Shown here: positions 19,083 through 28,582 of the stretch, one piece after another
Numbering within the stretch: the stretch's first letter is position 1
Layout: each line of letters starts with the position of its first letter
Source: a virus
Strand: one strand, 5' to 3'
IMG/VR virus record: IMGVR_UViG_3300018915_000002
DNA: 64,000 bases
The notes under the pieces: generated by a model
Seen by the model: the letters and a program-made list of their open reading frames with translations, nothing else
Told to the model about the DNA's origin: nothing
The model's database searches: none
Program-made: the position numbers and the translations under genes

Positions 19083-19487
19083 TTAGTCTTCGTCTTCTGA
19101 ATCACTCTCTAAGTTGCACCAGTCAACATTAGGTGTTGCTGGTATAGATAAAATCTCTTCGACGATCTCATCCACATCTGCACCTGTCGGAGGCTCGAAG
19201 CCGCGAAATATGAATTTGAGGTCTTCCTCTTCCCACTCATCGTAGTTTGACGAGTAGTTGTCCTGCCATGCCCCAACGACCTCCTTGAGGAGGGCTTTTT
19301 CTACCTCGTTCAACGGAAGCCCTGCGCCAATCTTCAACGCCATTTCAATGAAATCGTCGGAGTTTGGAGACCAGTTGCGTATGCGTATGTTTGAGCGCGG
19401 AATATCCTCCCAAGTATTCTCAGGGAGATATTGGTAATACCCCAGAATACTTGTCAGGATATTGAGCTTTCTCGTATTTAGGTTCAT
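19083..19487 (-). CDS. Hypothetical acidic protein
   Basis: 134 aa; AAGCAAAAACC leader. Confidence 0.7.
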   Translation of the reverse strand: MNLNTRKLNILTSILGYYQYLPENTWEDIPRSNIRIRNWSPNSDDFIEMALKIGAGLPLNEVEKALLKEVVGAWQDNYSSNYDEWEEEDLKFIFRGFEPPTGADVDEIVEEILSIPATPNVDWCNLESDSEDED

Positions 19488-19502
19488 GGTTTTTGCTTCT
19501 TG

Positions 19503-19799
19503 TTAATACTTGAAGTTGCGTCTTTCTAGTTCAGGGTAGTCCTTGGGCGCACCTGGATATTCAACGTAATAGCTACCTTCCTTGTGCCTCCACTCGGTAA
19601 GGCGAACTTTAAATTCCTTGAGAATCTTCGGTTGAACTCCTATCTCAGCAAGAGTGTGCCAGCCGTTGTTGTTATTGAGGAATACGGGCTTTGGATCACT
19701 GTTTGCCCATAGTGTTTCTATTGGACCATGTTCATTTACAGGGTAAATGAGGTAGAGGGCAGTATTGTTGGTGATCAGCCGCTGGAAGTATCCTTTCAT
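19503..19799 (-). CDS. Hypothetical protein
   Basis: 98 aa; GGAGCAAAATC leader. Confidence 0.7.
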   Translation of the reverse strand: MKGYFQRLITNNTALYLIYPVNEHGPIETLWANSDPKPVFLNNNNGWHTLAEIGVQPKILKEFKVRLTEWRHKEGSYYVEYPGAPKDYPELERRNFKY

Positions 19800-19814
19800 G
19801 ATTTTGCTCCTTTG

Positions 19815-20153
19815 TTAGATTAATGGAAGGAAGTGTTGAGCGATTTTATTCCACCCATCATCGGGCATTGTTTGAATCGCTGAGCGAAGGAAAGTTCCGA
19901 ATAAGAACTCTATTTCAGTTACTTCATCAGGATTCTCTGCCTGAGAAGGGTCTGAATGCGTGACTTCGTAATTATCTAGTTCCGCTAAGAACCATCCTTC
20001 GTACTGTCCTGCTACATAGCCATAATCGTGATCTTCACTGTTCCTTGCTATCTCAATGAATTTCTCCCTAAGAAGCGCACTCTTTGTTGCGTATAGGATG
20101 ACAGCATCTGCGGTATCTGCTGAAGGCAGCATAGTTAACTCCTTATAATTCAC
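19815..20153 (-). CDS. Hypothetical protein
   Basis: 112 aa; TGTTATAAT promoter just upstream. Confidence 0.6.
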   Translation of the reverse strand: MNYKELTMLPSADTADAVILYATKSALLREKFIEIARNSEDHDYGYVAGQYEGWFLAELDNYEVTHSDPSQAENPDEVTEIEFLFGTFLRSAIQTMPDDGWNKIAQHFLPLI

Positions 20154-20222
20154 AATCTTTCTATATTATAACAAAACAGCCAAGCCACGAAGGCTGTAAT
20201 GCTTTCGTGGCTTGGCTTTTGA

Positions 20223-20501
20223 TTAATTCCAGGTATGCTGTTCGCGTTCTCGCTCACGTTCCGTCTTGGTCGTGGTGAGAAATTCTGGATGCCTTAGGCA
20301 GCATCCAAGAAGAACAACTAGATTAATTTGTTGTTCGTTGCTTAACTCTGGTACGAGGAGCATGACTTTCATGACTCGTGGGTTTGTGCAAGAGGGCAAT
20401 ACTTCCGCTTCTGCAACAACTGCGGCTAAGAAGGAAAGAGTCGATGCTCTTTCCATTGGAGACATTTCGACTAAAAGGTCTTTGACTGCTTGTAATATCA
20501 T
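20223..20501 (-). CDS. Hypothetical protein, paralogous to the C-terminal domain of 20567..21358
   Basis: EMSPMERASTLSFLAAVV aligns with ELTPEERALALSYLGALL. Confidence 0.6.
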   Translation of the reverse strand: MILQAVKDLLVEMSPMERASTLSFLAAVVAEAEVLPSCTNPRVMKVMLLVPELSNEQQINLVVLLGCCLRHPEFLTTTKTEREREREQHTWN

Positions 20502-20566
20502 TGGTCTAGATGTAGTTATGTTGGGAAGCGATCGCGGTGTGTCACTGACGCGATCGCTTCCTTTGT

Positions 20567-21358
20567 TTAGAGCAGGCTTGGGTTTGCCAGTAGTCGGGCG
20601 ATGAACCCGATTAACTTGACTTTGGTGTCGGGATTTGCCAGTTTGACAAGATAGAAGAACTCTGTCAGTCGAGGGCTAGGGTCAACGTAAGGGTATTCCC
20701 TGCACCCGCCGAGTAGCGCCCCCAAGTAAGAGAGCGCCAAGGCTCGTTCTTCTGGAGTTAGCTCTCGAAGAACAACCTTTATTCGGGGTTCTTTTTTTGG
20801 CTTCTCAATGCAGCTTACGAGCTGCGCTTTCCCGTCTTCGGGAAGGTACGTTATAGAGAGTTGGGTTGGCTCTCCATCGGCTTCGAGGAGGTCAATCGCC
20901 TCCTCTGGTGAAACATCGATTAAGAGAAAGCAGCCGCTGCCACCTTCCTTGAAATCCCTGGCTCGACCATACGCTGGCGTGTAGTCGATGTTCTTGGAGT
21001 CTAGGAGACTTTTAAACTGTCGGACATACACGCTATTTTGCGTTGGACTAGGGTTTGGATTGTCAATGGGATTTTTGGGAGTTACTCCCACGATCCCTTT
21101 GATGCCTTTTTTCCTCATAAAGGATTGAAGAGGAAGGTTTGGCAGTCCAACATGAATCTCGATATCGCACCCCAGCTTTACGCTGAGGTTGTTAGTGGCA
21201 TCGACGAAGAACACTGTTGAGATGTGGCTCAACAGCCCTTGGTAGGATAGTTTGTTCCAGAGCTGCTTAATGGCATCGTCATATACCAGATCGATGACGA
21301 CCTGTTGGTAGTGCGCCTCGTCAAAGACGAAGCGCTCAGAGGAAATATTAGTAGTCAT
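20567..21358 (-). CDS. Hypothetical protein with a possible DUF3293-like central domain
   Basis: N...QFKSLLDSKNIDYTPAYG....E..FLLIDVSPEEAIDL pattern; recognised by eye only. Confidence 0.55.
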   Translation of the reverse strand: MTTNISSERFVFDEAHYQQVVIDLVYDDAIKQLWNKLSYQGLLSHISTVFFVDATNNLSVKLGCDIEIHVGLPNLPLQSFMRKKGIKGIVGVTPKNPIDNPNPSPTQNSVYVRQFKSLLDSKNIDYTPAYGRARDFKEGGSGCFLLIDVSPEEAIDLLEADGEPTQLSITYLPEDGKAQLVSCIEKPKKEPRIKVVLRELTPEERALALSYLGALLGGCREYPYVDPSPRLTEFFYLVKLANPDTKVKLIGFIARLLANPSLL

Positions 21359-21497
21359 GGTCACGGTTTTGCTTTAGTTAAAACAAGGCACATAAATATA
21401 CCTTGTTATACACTATTGTAACTTATTATGTTACAACAAGGCAATACAAAAGACTCGCGAAAATGTAAGATTTTGGAAGGTGTTAATAACGTTTTAA

Positions 21498-21680
21498 ATG
21501 AACAAGGATAGTTGGCGCGTGATTAATGTATGGCTTATCATTGGGCTAACCAATGGAGCGCTTTTTTTTCTGGATTTATTCGTTTTAGATAGTCCGAGGA
21601 AATCAGTTTTGGATATTATCCTATGCCTGTATTTCTGCTACATCGCCTATAGAGCCTGGAAGGAACTCAGGGTATTATGA
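21498..21680 (+). CDS. Small two-helix membrane protein
   Basis: 60 aa with two hydrophobic segments. Confidence 0.5.
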   Translation: MNKDSWRVINVWLIIGLTNGALFFLDLFVLDSPRKSVLDIILCLYFCYIAYRAWKELRVL

Positions 21681-21755
21681 TGAGGTTGATGTGACCAAAA
21701 AAGAAGCCCACGGAACTCCGTGAGCTTCTTTTTCTAGGAACCAAGCTTTTTGTTG

Positions 21756-22379
21756 TTAACGTTTCGCCAAATATGCGTCAGAAAGATCGCACAGGGTTAA
21801 ACGAAATAGCCAGTTTCCCCCTACATAGGGGAAGAGGTGGTAGGAGAGTGCGCCTGCTACTAACAGAGGATCGGTTGGGTCTCCGACTCCCGTGTAGTTA
21901 CAAGTACACTCTCCTTTTTTCAGGAAATTGTACAAGATGATAGCTGTTGCCTCTACAGGTTCTTCACTGCCCTCTCCACTCCGAATAACAGAGCTAATCC
22001 CACCTTCATCAATCCAGCGTAGGGTACGCCATTCTTTCATGTTTTCATCAGGAATCCAATCGATTCCAATCCGACGACGGGAGCCATCTGGATAATAAAA
22101 GGCAATTAGGTCGGTTTTACGGGTTGCGATCGCTCTTACAGCCTCGCACATCCCGAATACCCAGCTTGGGGTTTCCTCCACAAGTTGGGGCAATAGAGGT
22201 GCTAGGACATGAATCCAGCGGTCAATCTTACCCCCTTTTGTTAGGTGTTGAGCAATGCAGAATGATTCAACTACTGTATGCCCACTGCACAGGTCTCGCG
22301 CAGCTTTAGTTACACCATCGGTGTTGGTCTGTCTGTAGACAACAGCGCCCTCGCCCATCAAGCCATGAATGTGTCCCAT
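21756..22379 (-). CDS. Hypothetical protein
   Basis: Start moved to 22379 (promoter at 22408-22416 plus AAGCAAAATC leader). Confidence 0.65.
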   Translation of the reverse strand: MGHIHGLMGEGAVVYRQTNTDGVTKAARDLCSGHTVVESFCIAQHLTKGGKIDRWIHVLAPLLPQLVEETPSWVFGMCEAVRAIATRKTDLIAFYYPDGSRRRIGIDWIPDENMKEWRTLRWIDEGGISSVIRSGEGSEEPVEATAIILYNFLKKGECTCNYTGVGDPTDPLLVAGALSYHLFPYVGGNWLFRLTLCDLSDAYLAKR

Positions 22380-22550
22380 GATTTTGCTTTTAGTATAGTA
22401 TACACACATTGTAACAAAACTACAAACCCCTTGGGGTAAGCGTTTCAAGGCTTTGTGGTCATCGGTAATTGAGCCAATAGTCGAACTGGAGAATAGCAAA
22501 AAGCAGCCCACGGAGTTCCGTGAGCTGCTTCCTTTAGCTAGGCGTTGCTT

Positions 22551-23123
22551 TTATTTGTCTTGGGTTTTCGCGGCAAGATCTATGACCTTTGTACGAACTC
22601 CGTAATCGGTTTTAGCCTGCTCGAAGAGCCATTCAATACTCTTCGCTTGCGCCTCATACTGAGGCAGTTGCTTCATCTTCTCGTGTGATTCCTCAATTAG
22701 ACGGTCTTCCGTCTCCTTAAGGTATGCGATCGCACGATCGTAACCCGTCTCCTTTGATGCCGCTTCCTCGTATAGGATGGCGGTCTCGTGGCTTTGAGGA
22801 TCATATTCAGGGGTTTTCCCCAGGATATGTTCGCAGTACTTCTCGCAGATCTGTTTCCAGGTTAAGGCAGCGAAGTATTCGTGCTGTACCTCCGAGAAAC
22901 CGGAGTTCTGGTTGACTGGAACCAGTTTCTTGACCTGAAGCCGGTCGAAGTCTTCCCAAAGTCCAATTATGAACTTCTCGCCAGAATGTGCGAGTTGACT
23001 GAATTCCTTCGCCGCCTCAATCAATTCCTGGTTGGTTTCGAGAGGCTTGTCGCTGGTAAATGAGAACGGTTCGCGATCGCCAGTAAGAGAAAAGTCAATG
23101 GTCAGAAAATTTGTCGTTGTCAT
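22551..23123 (-). CDS. Hypothetical protein
   Basis: 190 aa; AAGCAAAATC leader. Confidence 0.7.
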   Translation of the reverse strand: MTTTNFLTIDFSLTGDREPFSFTSDKPLETNQELIEAAKEFSQLAHSGEKFIIGLWEDFDRLQVKKLVPVNQNSGFSEVQHEYFAALTWKQICEKYCEHILGKTPEYDPQSHETAILYEEAASKETGYDRAIAYLKETEDRLIEESHEKMKQLPQYEAQAKSIEWLFEQAKTDYGVRTKVIDLAAKTQDK

Positions 23124-23212
23124 GATTTTGCTTTAGTTGAGTCCACCCTATCAATACGCCAGGACAGGGGTGGTGACCATCCTGGCAGGGAAATTGTCCA
23201 TCAACGAGGGAG

Positions 23213-23545
23213 CTATTTCTTCATCAAAAATGAGATGAAGGTTGCTGTATCCGAGGTTTCAATGAACTTGGCTAGGTTAGCCTGAAACTGCCAAAATTCT
23301 TGGCGGGCTTCTTCTGATTCAAACTCCACCGAAGGCTTCGGTGGTTGCTCCGAAGGGTAAAAACTGGTATACCCAGATTCAACAACTACCATCTTTACTT
23401 TGGCATCTATTTGATCTAGGTCAATTTGCTGTCGGAAACACATAGCATCCATCTGATCTAGTTCTTCTTCCCGTCCATCTGGATAGACGGCAAAATACTT
23501 GACTTCAGGAAGCTCGTAGTCGTTGACTCCAGGCGCGTATGGCAT
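23213..23545 (-). CDS. Hypothetical protein
   Basis: 110 aa with an AGGA SD and an upstream promoter motif. Confidence 0.65.
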   Translation of the reverse strand: MPYAPGVNDYELPEVKYFAVYPDGREEELDQMDAMCFRQQIDLDQIDAKVKMVVVESGYTSFYPSEQPPKPSVEFESEEARQEFWQFQANLAKFIETSDTATFISFLMKK

Positions 23546-23668
23546 TAAAAATTCCTTGCGTTTGAAATTGTAGACTTTGGCTTGAACCTAATACTATTGT
23601 AACATTTGCACACAAAAACGCCCTGCTAACCCGCAGATTAGCAGAGCGCTGGTCACGGAGTTCCGTGG

Positions 23669-24334
23669 TTAGATTTGGAGAAGTTCGTCAATGCAGATTT
23701 GCATTACCCTACCTCGTGGGAAGGCCCACCAGGTTCCGTCTACATGCGATGGCTCGGAATATCCGTTGTGAACACACCAGTTTTGAACTAGTTCCTCCAT
23801 GTTGCCAGTAATCTCTAGGCATTTCCTCCGCTGTTCGCGGATCAAGTCATCGATTTTGACTATCCCTTCCTCAATCGAGAAAAAGGAGTTTTCGATCACC
23901 ATCTCTTTTGCCTTGACAACTTGAGCGACTCGTCGCGCATATTCAGAAAGTTTAGTGGTATAACCTTCCTTCCTCTCGATCGCGTCAAGTCTTCTGTTGA
24001 TTCTCTTCAATGTTTTGAGCATCTCAGAGAGCTTTTGCTCTTTTAAGTTGTGGACTGAATCGTAGCGGAGATCAAGTAGATATCCGTCAACCTCGTCATT
24101 GTAATTTTTTTGAGGTTGTCCGTCGATTGAGAAGCGGCAAATGAGATTGTAGTAGATCCCTCCTGCCTGCTCGAAGCTGGTATAGCAATAGCTCGAAAGT
24201 CGCCCATCGTCACCATCCTCTTGAAAACGAAATTCTATACACACAGATGTGTTAGCCCCACGATGTTGATCAATCGCGGTTGTATAGACGTTGAGAATCG
24301 GTCGTCTTGACGGGTGTTTTAGTTTTCTGCTCAT
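23669..24334 (-). CDS. Hypothetical protein, tandem paralog 1
   Basis: Shares the N-terminal PIL motif and C-terminal WC...GYS....VDGxWWAxPxxxVM with 24344..25015. Confidence 0.75.
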   Translation of the reverse strand: MSRKLKHPSRRPILNVYTTAIDQHRGANTSVCIEFRFQEDGDDGRLSSYCYTSFEQAGGIYYNLICRFSIDGQPQKNYNDEVDGYLLDLRYDSVHNLKEQKLSEMLKTLKRINRRLDAIERKEGYTTKLSEYARRVAQVVKAKEMVIENSFFSIEEGIVKIDDLIREQRRKCLEITGNMEELVQNWCVHNGYSEPSHVDGTWWAFPRGRVMQICIDELLQI

Positions 24335-24343
24335 AGTTTTGCT

Positions 24344-25015
24344 TTAGAATGCGAGGGCTGATTCAATACATTCAGGCATTACCCCACTTGGTGGGATTGC
24401 CCACCAGCGTCCGTCCACTGATTGCAGTTTAGAGTAACCCTTGCGATCGCACCATTTCTGGGCATAGCCTTCGCTTGTTTGGTTGCGGTCTAGGACAAGG
24501 CACCTCTGACGAATCTTCCACGCCGTATCTTTCATGTATCCTAAGGCATTGCTCAAGGGCATCTTTATGTTCCCGTCATCCAAGACAGCTTCCTTGATGT
24601 TCAGGATGATTGCTGCCTCCTCGACGTATCGGGAGAAATGCGGATAGGGTGTTTGGAACCCTAGCGGCTTGAGCTTCGCCTTGAAATGAAGTAAAGTCTT
24701 TGCCATTGCTTTGACGTGATCTTCATTGTTCAGGCGATACAGATTTTCGTATTCAATCTCTGGACAGTAACTTGCATCATCTCCTCGCTCTGGGCGATCA
24801 CCTGAAATTGAATATTTTAGGTAGAAGTTTCCCAAGGCGAATTTCTTGGTAAAGCGATAGTCGTGATCACCATAGTATTGAAGGCGATTCATTTCATCAC
24901 TCCAGTACCGGAAACCTGCTCTCACAGAGCCAAAGGTTCCGTAAGAACTGGTTTGGGGACGCTCAATCAGAACACTCAGAATTGGTGTTCTTCTTAGGTC
25001 TTGTGGACGTTTCAT
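24344..25015 (-). CDS. Hypothetical protein, tandem paralog 2
   Basis: See paralog 1; AAGCAAAACC leader. Confidence 0.75.
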   Translation of the reverse strand: MKRPQDLRRTPILSVLIERPQTSSYGTFGSVRAGFRYWSDEMNRLQYYGDHDYRFTKKFALGNFYLKYSISGDRPERGDDASYCPEIEYENLYRLNNEDHVKAMAKTLLHFKAKLKPLGFQTPYPHFSRYVEEAAIILNIKEAVLDDGNIKMPLSNALGYMKDTAWKIRQRCLVLDRNQTSEGYAQKWCDRKGYSKLQSVDGRWWAIPPSGVMPECIESALAF

Positions 25016-25052
25016 GGTTTTGCTTTGTGCTTATTTTTTGAGTGTGTTTGAC

Positions 25053-25094
25053 ACACTACCCTCATTATAACAATTGTTATAATGAGGGTAGTGT
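25053..25094. repeat. Perfect 42-bp palindrome containing back-to-back TGTTATAAT promoters
   Basis: acactaccctcattataacaa|ttgttataatgagggtagtgt, no spacer, between divergent genes. Confidence 0.95.
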
Positions 25095-25110
25095 AATCAC
25101 AGAGGTTTTC

Positions 25111-26064
25111 ATGGGCGATTATAGTGTTGTTTGCGGTCTTTCTGGACTGCCAATTACTCGTAAAGAAAAAGTGAAACTAATCTTTTTAAGATCAACAAAA
25201 CACCCCGATGAATTTGACACTTATTGGGTTCCAAGGTATCCAGTATGGAAACCGTTGATGCTTCCTGTGGAAGGAATTTATAATGCAGGTGCTTGGATCG
25301 AGGAGATACCTGATTCTCCTTCGGTTAAGCTACTACTTAAGTACTTTTCCAAGCCAGAAATCAAAACAAGCTCAGGAGGAAAGTTTGAGTTTCCAGAAGG
25401 AGACTTTGACAAGATGACGGATGAGTTATTCGACTTGGGTAAACATCCTTGTTATCAAAGTAGGATTTCTGAAACTAAACAGCATTCAATGGCTATTGTT
25501 TCAGAGGATTCTTTCAAATTCGCTCTTCAATTAGCCGAAAAGCAATTTGAGTCGCGAGATGAACTTAAGGAGCTATTCCAAAAAGGTTTGCAAGACTACC
25601 GCTGTCCAGTGTTCCCATATTTCAGGCTTACTCGAAAAGAGCGAGAGATGGGAATAAAAGAAGTTTCAAATTCTCAAGAATGGTTTGAGAATGGAGGAGA
25701 GTCTATCGAAGACCCTCAGTATGATGATAAAGACAGGGAGGAACACGCATGGTCTATCTCTCAGCGTTCCGAAAACTTCCTCCATCTATTGGACAAGTCG
25801 ATAGAAGTCGGTGAGTTGCCATACGTTATATATAATCAAACCAAAGAGGAATCAATCCTTGAGGGAATGATTGACATGATTCTCCTCAAGAGGATCATGG
25901 GACGACATGGACTCCAGAAGAGGTTTGATCCGCTCAGGACTTGTAGTATTTACGAACCCGATTTTGACAACATCTTCGTCCCTTGGAATGAGTTTGTTCT
26001 CTCTGAGGCGAAAAGGAAACAGGAAATTTATGCACCTGAGCATGAAGATGATTGCGACGACTAA
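25111..26064 (+). CDS. Hypothetical protein
   Basis: Start moved to MGDYSVVCGLSGLPI at 25111 (GAGG SD); terminator at ~26085-26122. Confidence 0.7.
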   Translation: MGDYSVVCGLSGLPITRKEKVKLIFLRSTKHPDEFDTYWVPRYPVWKPLMLPVEGIYNAGAWIEEIPDSPSVKLLLKYFSKPEIKTSSGGKFEFPEGDFDKMTDELFDLGKHPCYQSRISETKQHSMAIVSEDSFKFALQLAEKQFESRDELKELFQKGLQDYRCPVFPYFRLTRKEREMGIKEVSNSQEWFENGGESIEDPQYDDKDREEHAWSISQRSENFLHLLDKSIEVGELPYVIYNQTKEESILEGMIDMILLKRIMGRHGLQKRFDPLRTCSIYEPDFDNIFVPWNEFVLSEAKRKQEIYAPEHEDDCDD

Positions 26065-26123
26065 CTAAAGAAAATTAGTCACAAAAGAAAGCCACGACAT
26101 TTATAAATGTCGTGGCTTTTTCA

Positions 26124-26864
26124 TTAGCTATCAGTCAGCTCACGGAAGTTTCTAATCTTCCAGCCTAGCCCGTGTACGGGGTTGGCAATGTGGATTTGTC
26201 TCTTCTTGTTCCCAGAGCAAAGTCCACAGGTTTCGCAGGTGACGAGGTCATCCTTGCGGTTAGGGCAAATGATCTCCCCAGGAAACAATGGATCTCCCTC
26301 GTTAATCACTCGGAAGGTACTCCATCCTTGCTCTTTGGCAAGGAGAAAGTCCTTAGGTCTGTCGCATGATGCCATCAGAAACTTGCCCCAAGAACCATCT
26401 AAATCCCGCCACTGGTGGGTATATCCAGTGGAAGATTCAGAGTCAAAGTACGCAAGCAGACGTTCCCAAACCTTCCTTGGAACGGCACTGGGGTCACCGT
26501 AGGAGGTGATCCTCAGTTTGCGCGATCTTCGTTTGGCTCTTTCGAGTATGGCTTTTGATATTCGAGGATATGCTCCCTTTTTGTAATATCGCCACATCGT
26601 ATTAAAAGGCCTTAAGTCTACATAACATGAACGCCTTCTTAATGCACAATTTCCACAGACACTACCATCCTTTTCCTCGGTGACAGCATCAAGTGGAGGC
26701 ATATCTTGACGGATTACGATGGACTGAACCATTTGCCCCGTCTTCCTATTAGCGCTAGGACGCTCCAGACAGGTCAAAATTAAAACCACGGGTACGCCGT
26801 CAAGAAGAGATTTCCCTTCCCATGCAACGCACCCGTTCGGGTGTTTCTTGATTTTCTTGATCAC
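26124..26864 (-). CDS. Cys-rich phage protein, possibly a degenerate radical-SAM/Fe-S family member
   Basis: ANRKTG, CGNCALR...CYV, LRITSYGDP, TGYTHQWR and a C-terminal CP...CETCGLC; no canonical CxxxCxxC. Confidence 0.5.
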   Translation of the reverse strand: MIKKIKKHPNGCVAWEGKSLLDGVPVVLILTCLERPSANRKTGQMVQSIVIRQDMPPLDAVTEEKDGSVCGNCALRRRSCYVDLRPFNTMWRYYKKGAYPRISKAILERAKRRSRKLRITSYGDPSAVPRKVWERLLAYFDSESSTGYTHQWRDLDGSWGKFLMASCDRPKDFLLAKEQGWSTFRVINEGDPLFPGEIICPNRKDDLVTCETCGLCSGNKKRQIHIANPVHGLGWKIRNFRELTDS

Positions 26865-26965
26865 GGTTTTGCTTTAATTAACCTTCTGTACTCATTGTAA
26901 CAAAGCACTAAAAACAAAAATGCACCACAGATCTCCGTGGTGCATTCACTGGGTTATTGATTCAA

Positions 26966-27412
26966 TTACTTAACTTCAAACCATTCCCCATGTTCGTCTT
27001 CGTAGTAACTACCGGAAGACTGGCTTCGCTGGCGATCGCCGATGCGAGTACAGGATTCGATTTCGTATTCACTGGCGTGAGGACTTCCAAAGAGGAAATC
27101 ACCTGCAAGATCAAGAGCGATCGCTTCAGGATTCCCATTGCCATTGAAGTCTATAACGACAGTTCTGTTTGACCAAGCCACTCGATCTACCTCGACTTTG
27201 TACAATCCAGGTGGAAGCTGTGGTGGATTTGACTCCTCTTTTATCTCCTCAAACCGTCGATCTGCCTTGGTCAGGATTTCAAAGATTTCTTCCTTCCCCA
27301 AATCCATCGAAGCGCACAATTGCTCCATCGTTTCATCAGGCAAGCCTGCTGCTAATATTTCAGACAGCAGCCGGGGAAATTGAATCGAGTCGTCATTCCA
27401 GTTGTTTGTCAT
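26966..27412 (-). CDS. Hypothetical protein
   Basis: 148 aa; AAGCAAAATC leader. Confidence 0.7.
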   Translation of the reverse strand: MTNNWNDDSIQFPRLLSEILAAGLPDETMEQLCASMDLGKEEIFEILTKADRRFEEIKEESNPPQLPPGLYKVEVDRVAWSNRTVVIDFNGNGNPEAIALDLAGDFLFGSPHASEYEIESCTRIGDRQRSQSSGSYYEDEHGEWFEVK

Positions 27413-27488
27413 GATTTTGCTTGTTTTTGAAGGTTACTAGTTGGGCGATCGCATTTGATGCGACCACCCAGTAAACGTCTTAGTCTGG

Positions 27489-28487
27489 TTACTGATAAAG
27501 CTCAGCAACTTCACGCGCATCCTGAACTAAAGCCAGTTCATGAGAATAGGCTTTTGGTTCAGATTGCTTGAGATAGTCTTCGAGTATCGACAAGGCATTT
27601 TTAGCCTTGACGGGAACCGAATCTGGTAGGTCATCATATTCGTCTTCTTTCACACCGCTAAGATGTTCGGCGACGTGGTATTCAATAGCGCCATGAACGA
27701 CGGCTTCGTCATATTTCTGCGCCCATTGAGGAAGCTTGTGCATCACGCCTTCATAGGTAAAGGAGTAGAAGGTAGATACATCAAGTTCGCTTCCTATCTC
27801 GACCTCTATACCCACTTTGTGCAGGATGTAATTTGCCAGAGGGCAATCCTTGAAACCTGCGGAGTGTCCAACAATGAACTCCGGATCGAGTGCCTTTAGC
27901 CATGCCCTGAACAAGTCAGGTTGCAAGGCTTGGATCACTCGTTCCTTCGCCGTGATTTGGCTTAGGTGACAAAGCTTTCCGTGAATATTGATGTAAGGCA
28001 ACTTGAGTTGCCCGTCATAGGGACTATTCACGTACTGCCCATAGGCTCCGGCAAAGAACAACGCAGTACATTCAACTGCTAATTGTTCTGACCCTGTCTC
28101 ATATTCTTCGATTAGCTCTAGCCTTTCAAGCCGTTCATCTAACAACGGCTTTCTGACCAGTGGTCCGGAAGCCGCTAGATCTATTAACCTCTCGTACTCC
28201 TGCCCACTCAATGGATGATCCTCTAAGTGCCTCACCACTTGGTGCATCTGAGCGCGAATCTCAAGCTCACGGCGTGTCGGCAACAACCATCCGGTTTTCC
28301 GGGTGGTTGTTGAACAAGAGAGGACAGGCAAGCATTGAGGGTTTGGGCTAAGACTTAAGCGCCCAAAATCCGCGAAATCATCGTAGTTGATGCCACCCGC
28401 TTCGCCACCAGGGATATAACCCAGGAAGCACTTCGGATTGGGCTGCCGACCAGCGGCAGGTGCAATGAAAATCGTTACTTCATTCAT
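27489..28487 (-). CDS. Hypothetical protein
   Basis: 332 aa; promoter plus leader module. Confidence 0.7.
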   Translation of the reverse strand: MNEVTIFIAPAAGRQPNPKCFLGYIPGGEAGGINYDDFADFGRLSLSPNPQCLPVLSCSTTTRKTGWLLPTRRELEIRAQMHQVVRHLEDHPLSGQEYERLIDLAASGPLVRKPLLDERLERLELIEEYETGSEQLAVECTALFFAGAYGQYVNSPYDGQLKLPYINIHGKLCHLSQITAKERVIQALQPDLFRAWLKALDPEFIVGHSAGFKDCPLANYILHKVGIEVEIGSELDVSTFYSFTYEGVMHKLPQWAQKYDEAVVHGAIEYHVAEHLSGVKEDEYDDLPDSVPVKAKNALSILEDYLKQSEPKAYSHELALVQDAREVAELYQ

Positions 28488-28582
28488 GGTTTTGCTCGAT
28501 TAATAATGTGCAGCACTGTGGCTGTATTGCTATTGTAACAAATCTACAAAAGATAACGTACCACGGAACTCCGTGGCGAGGT

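Noticed and set aside
26141-26153. Half-sites of the palindrome (cacggaag at 26141; gacttccgtg at ~33716; ccacgg at ~55253)
   Set aside because: Only one arm matches, which is within chance expectation.
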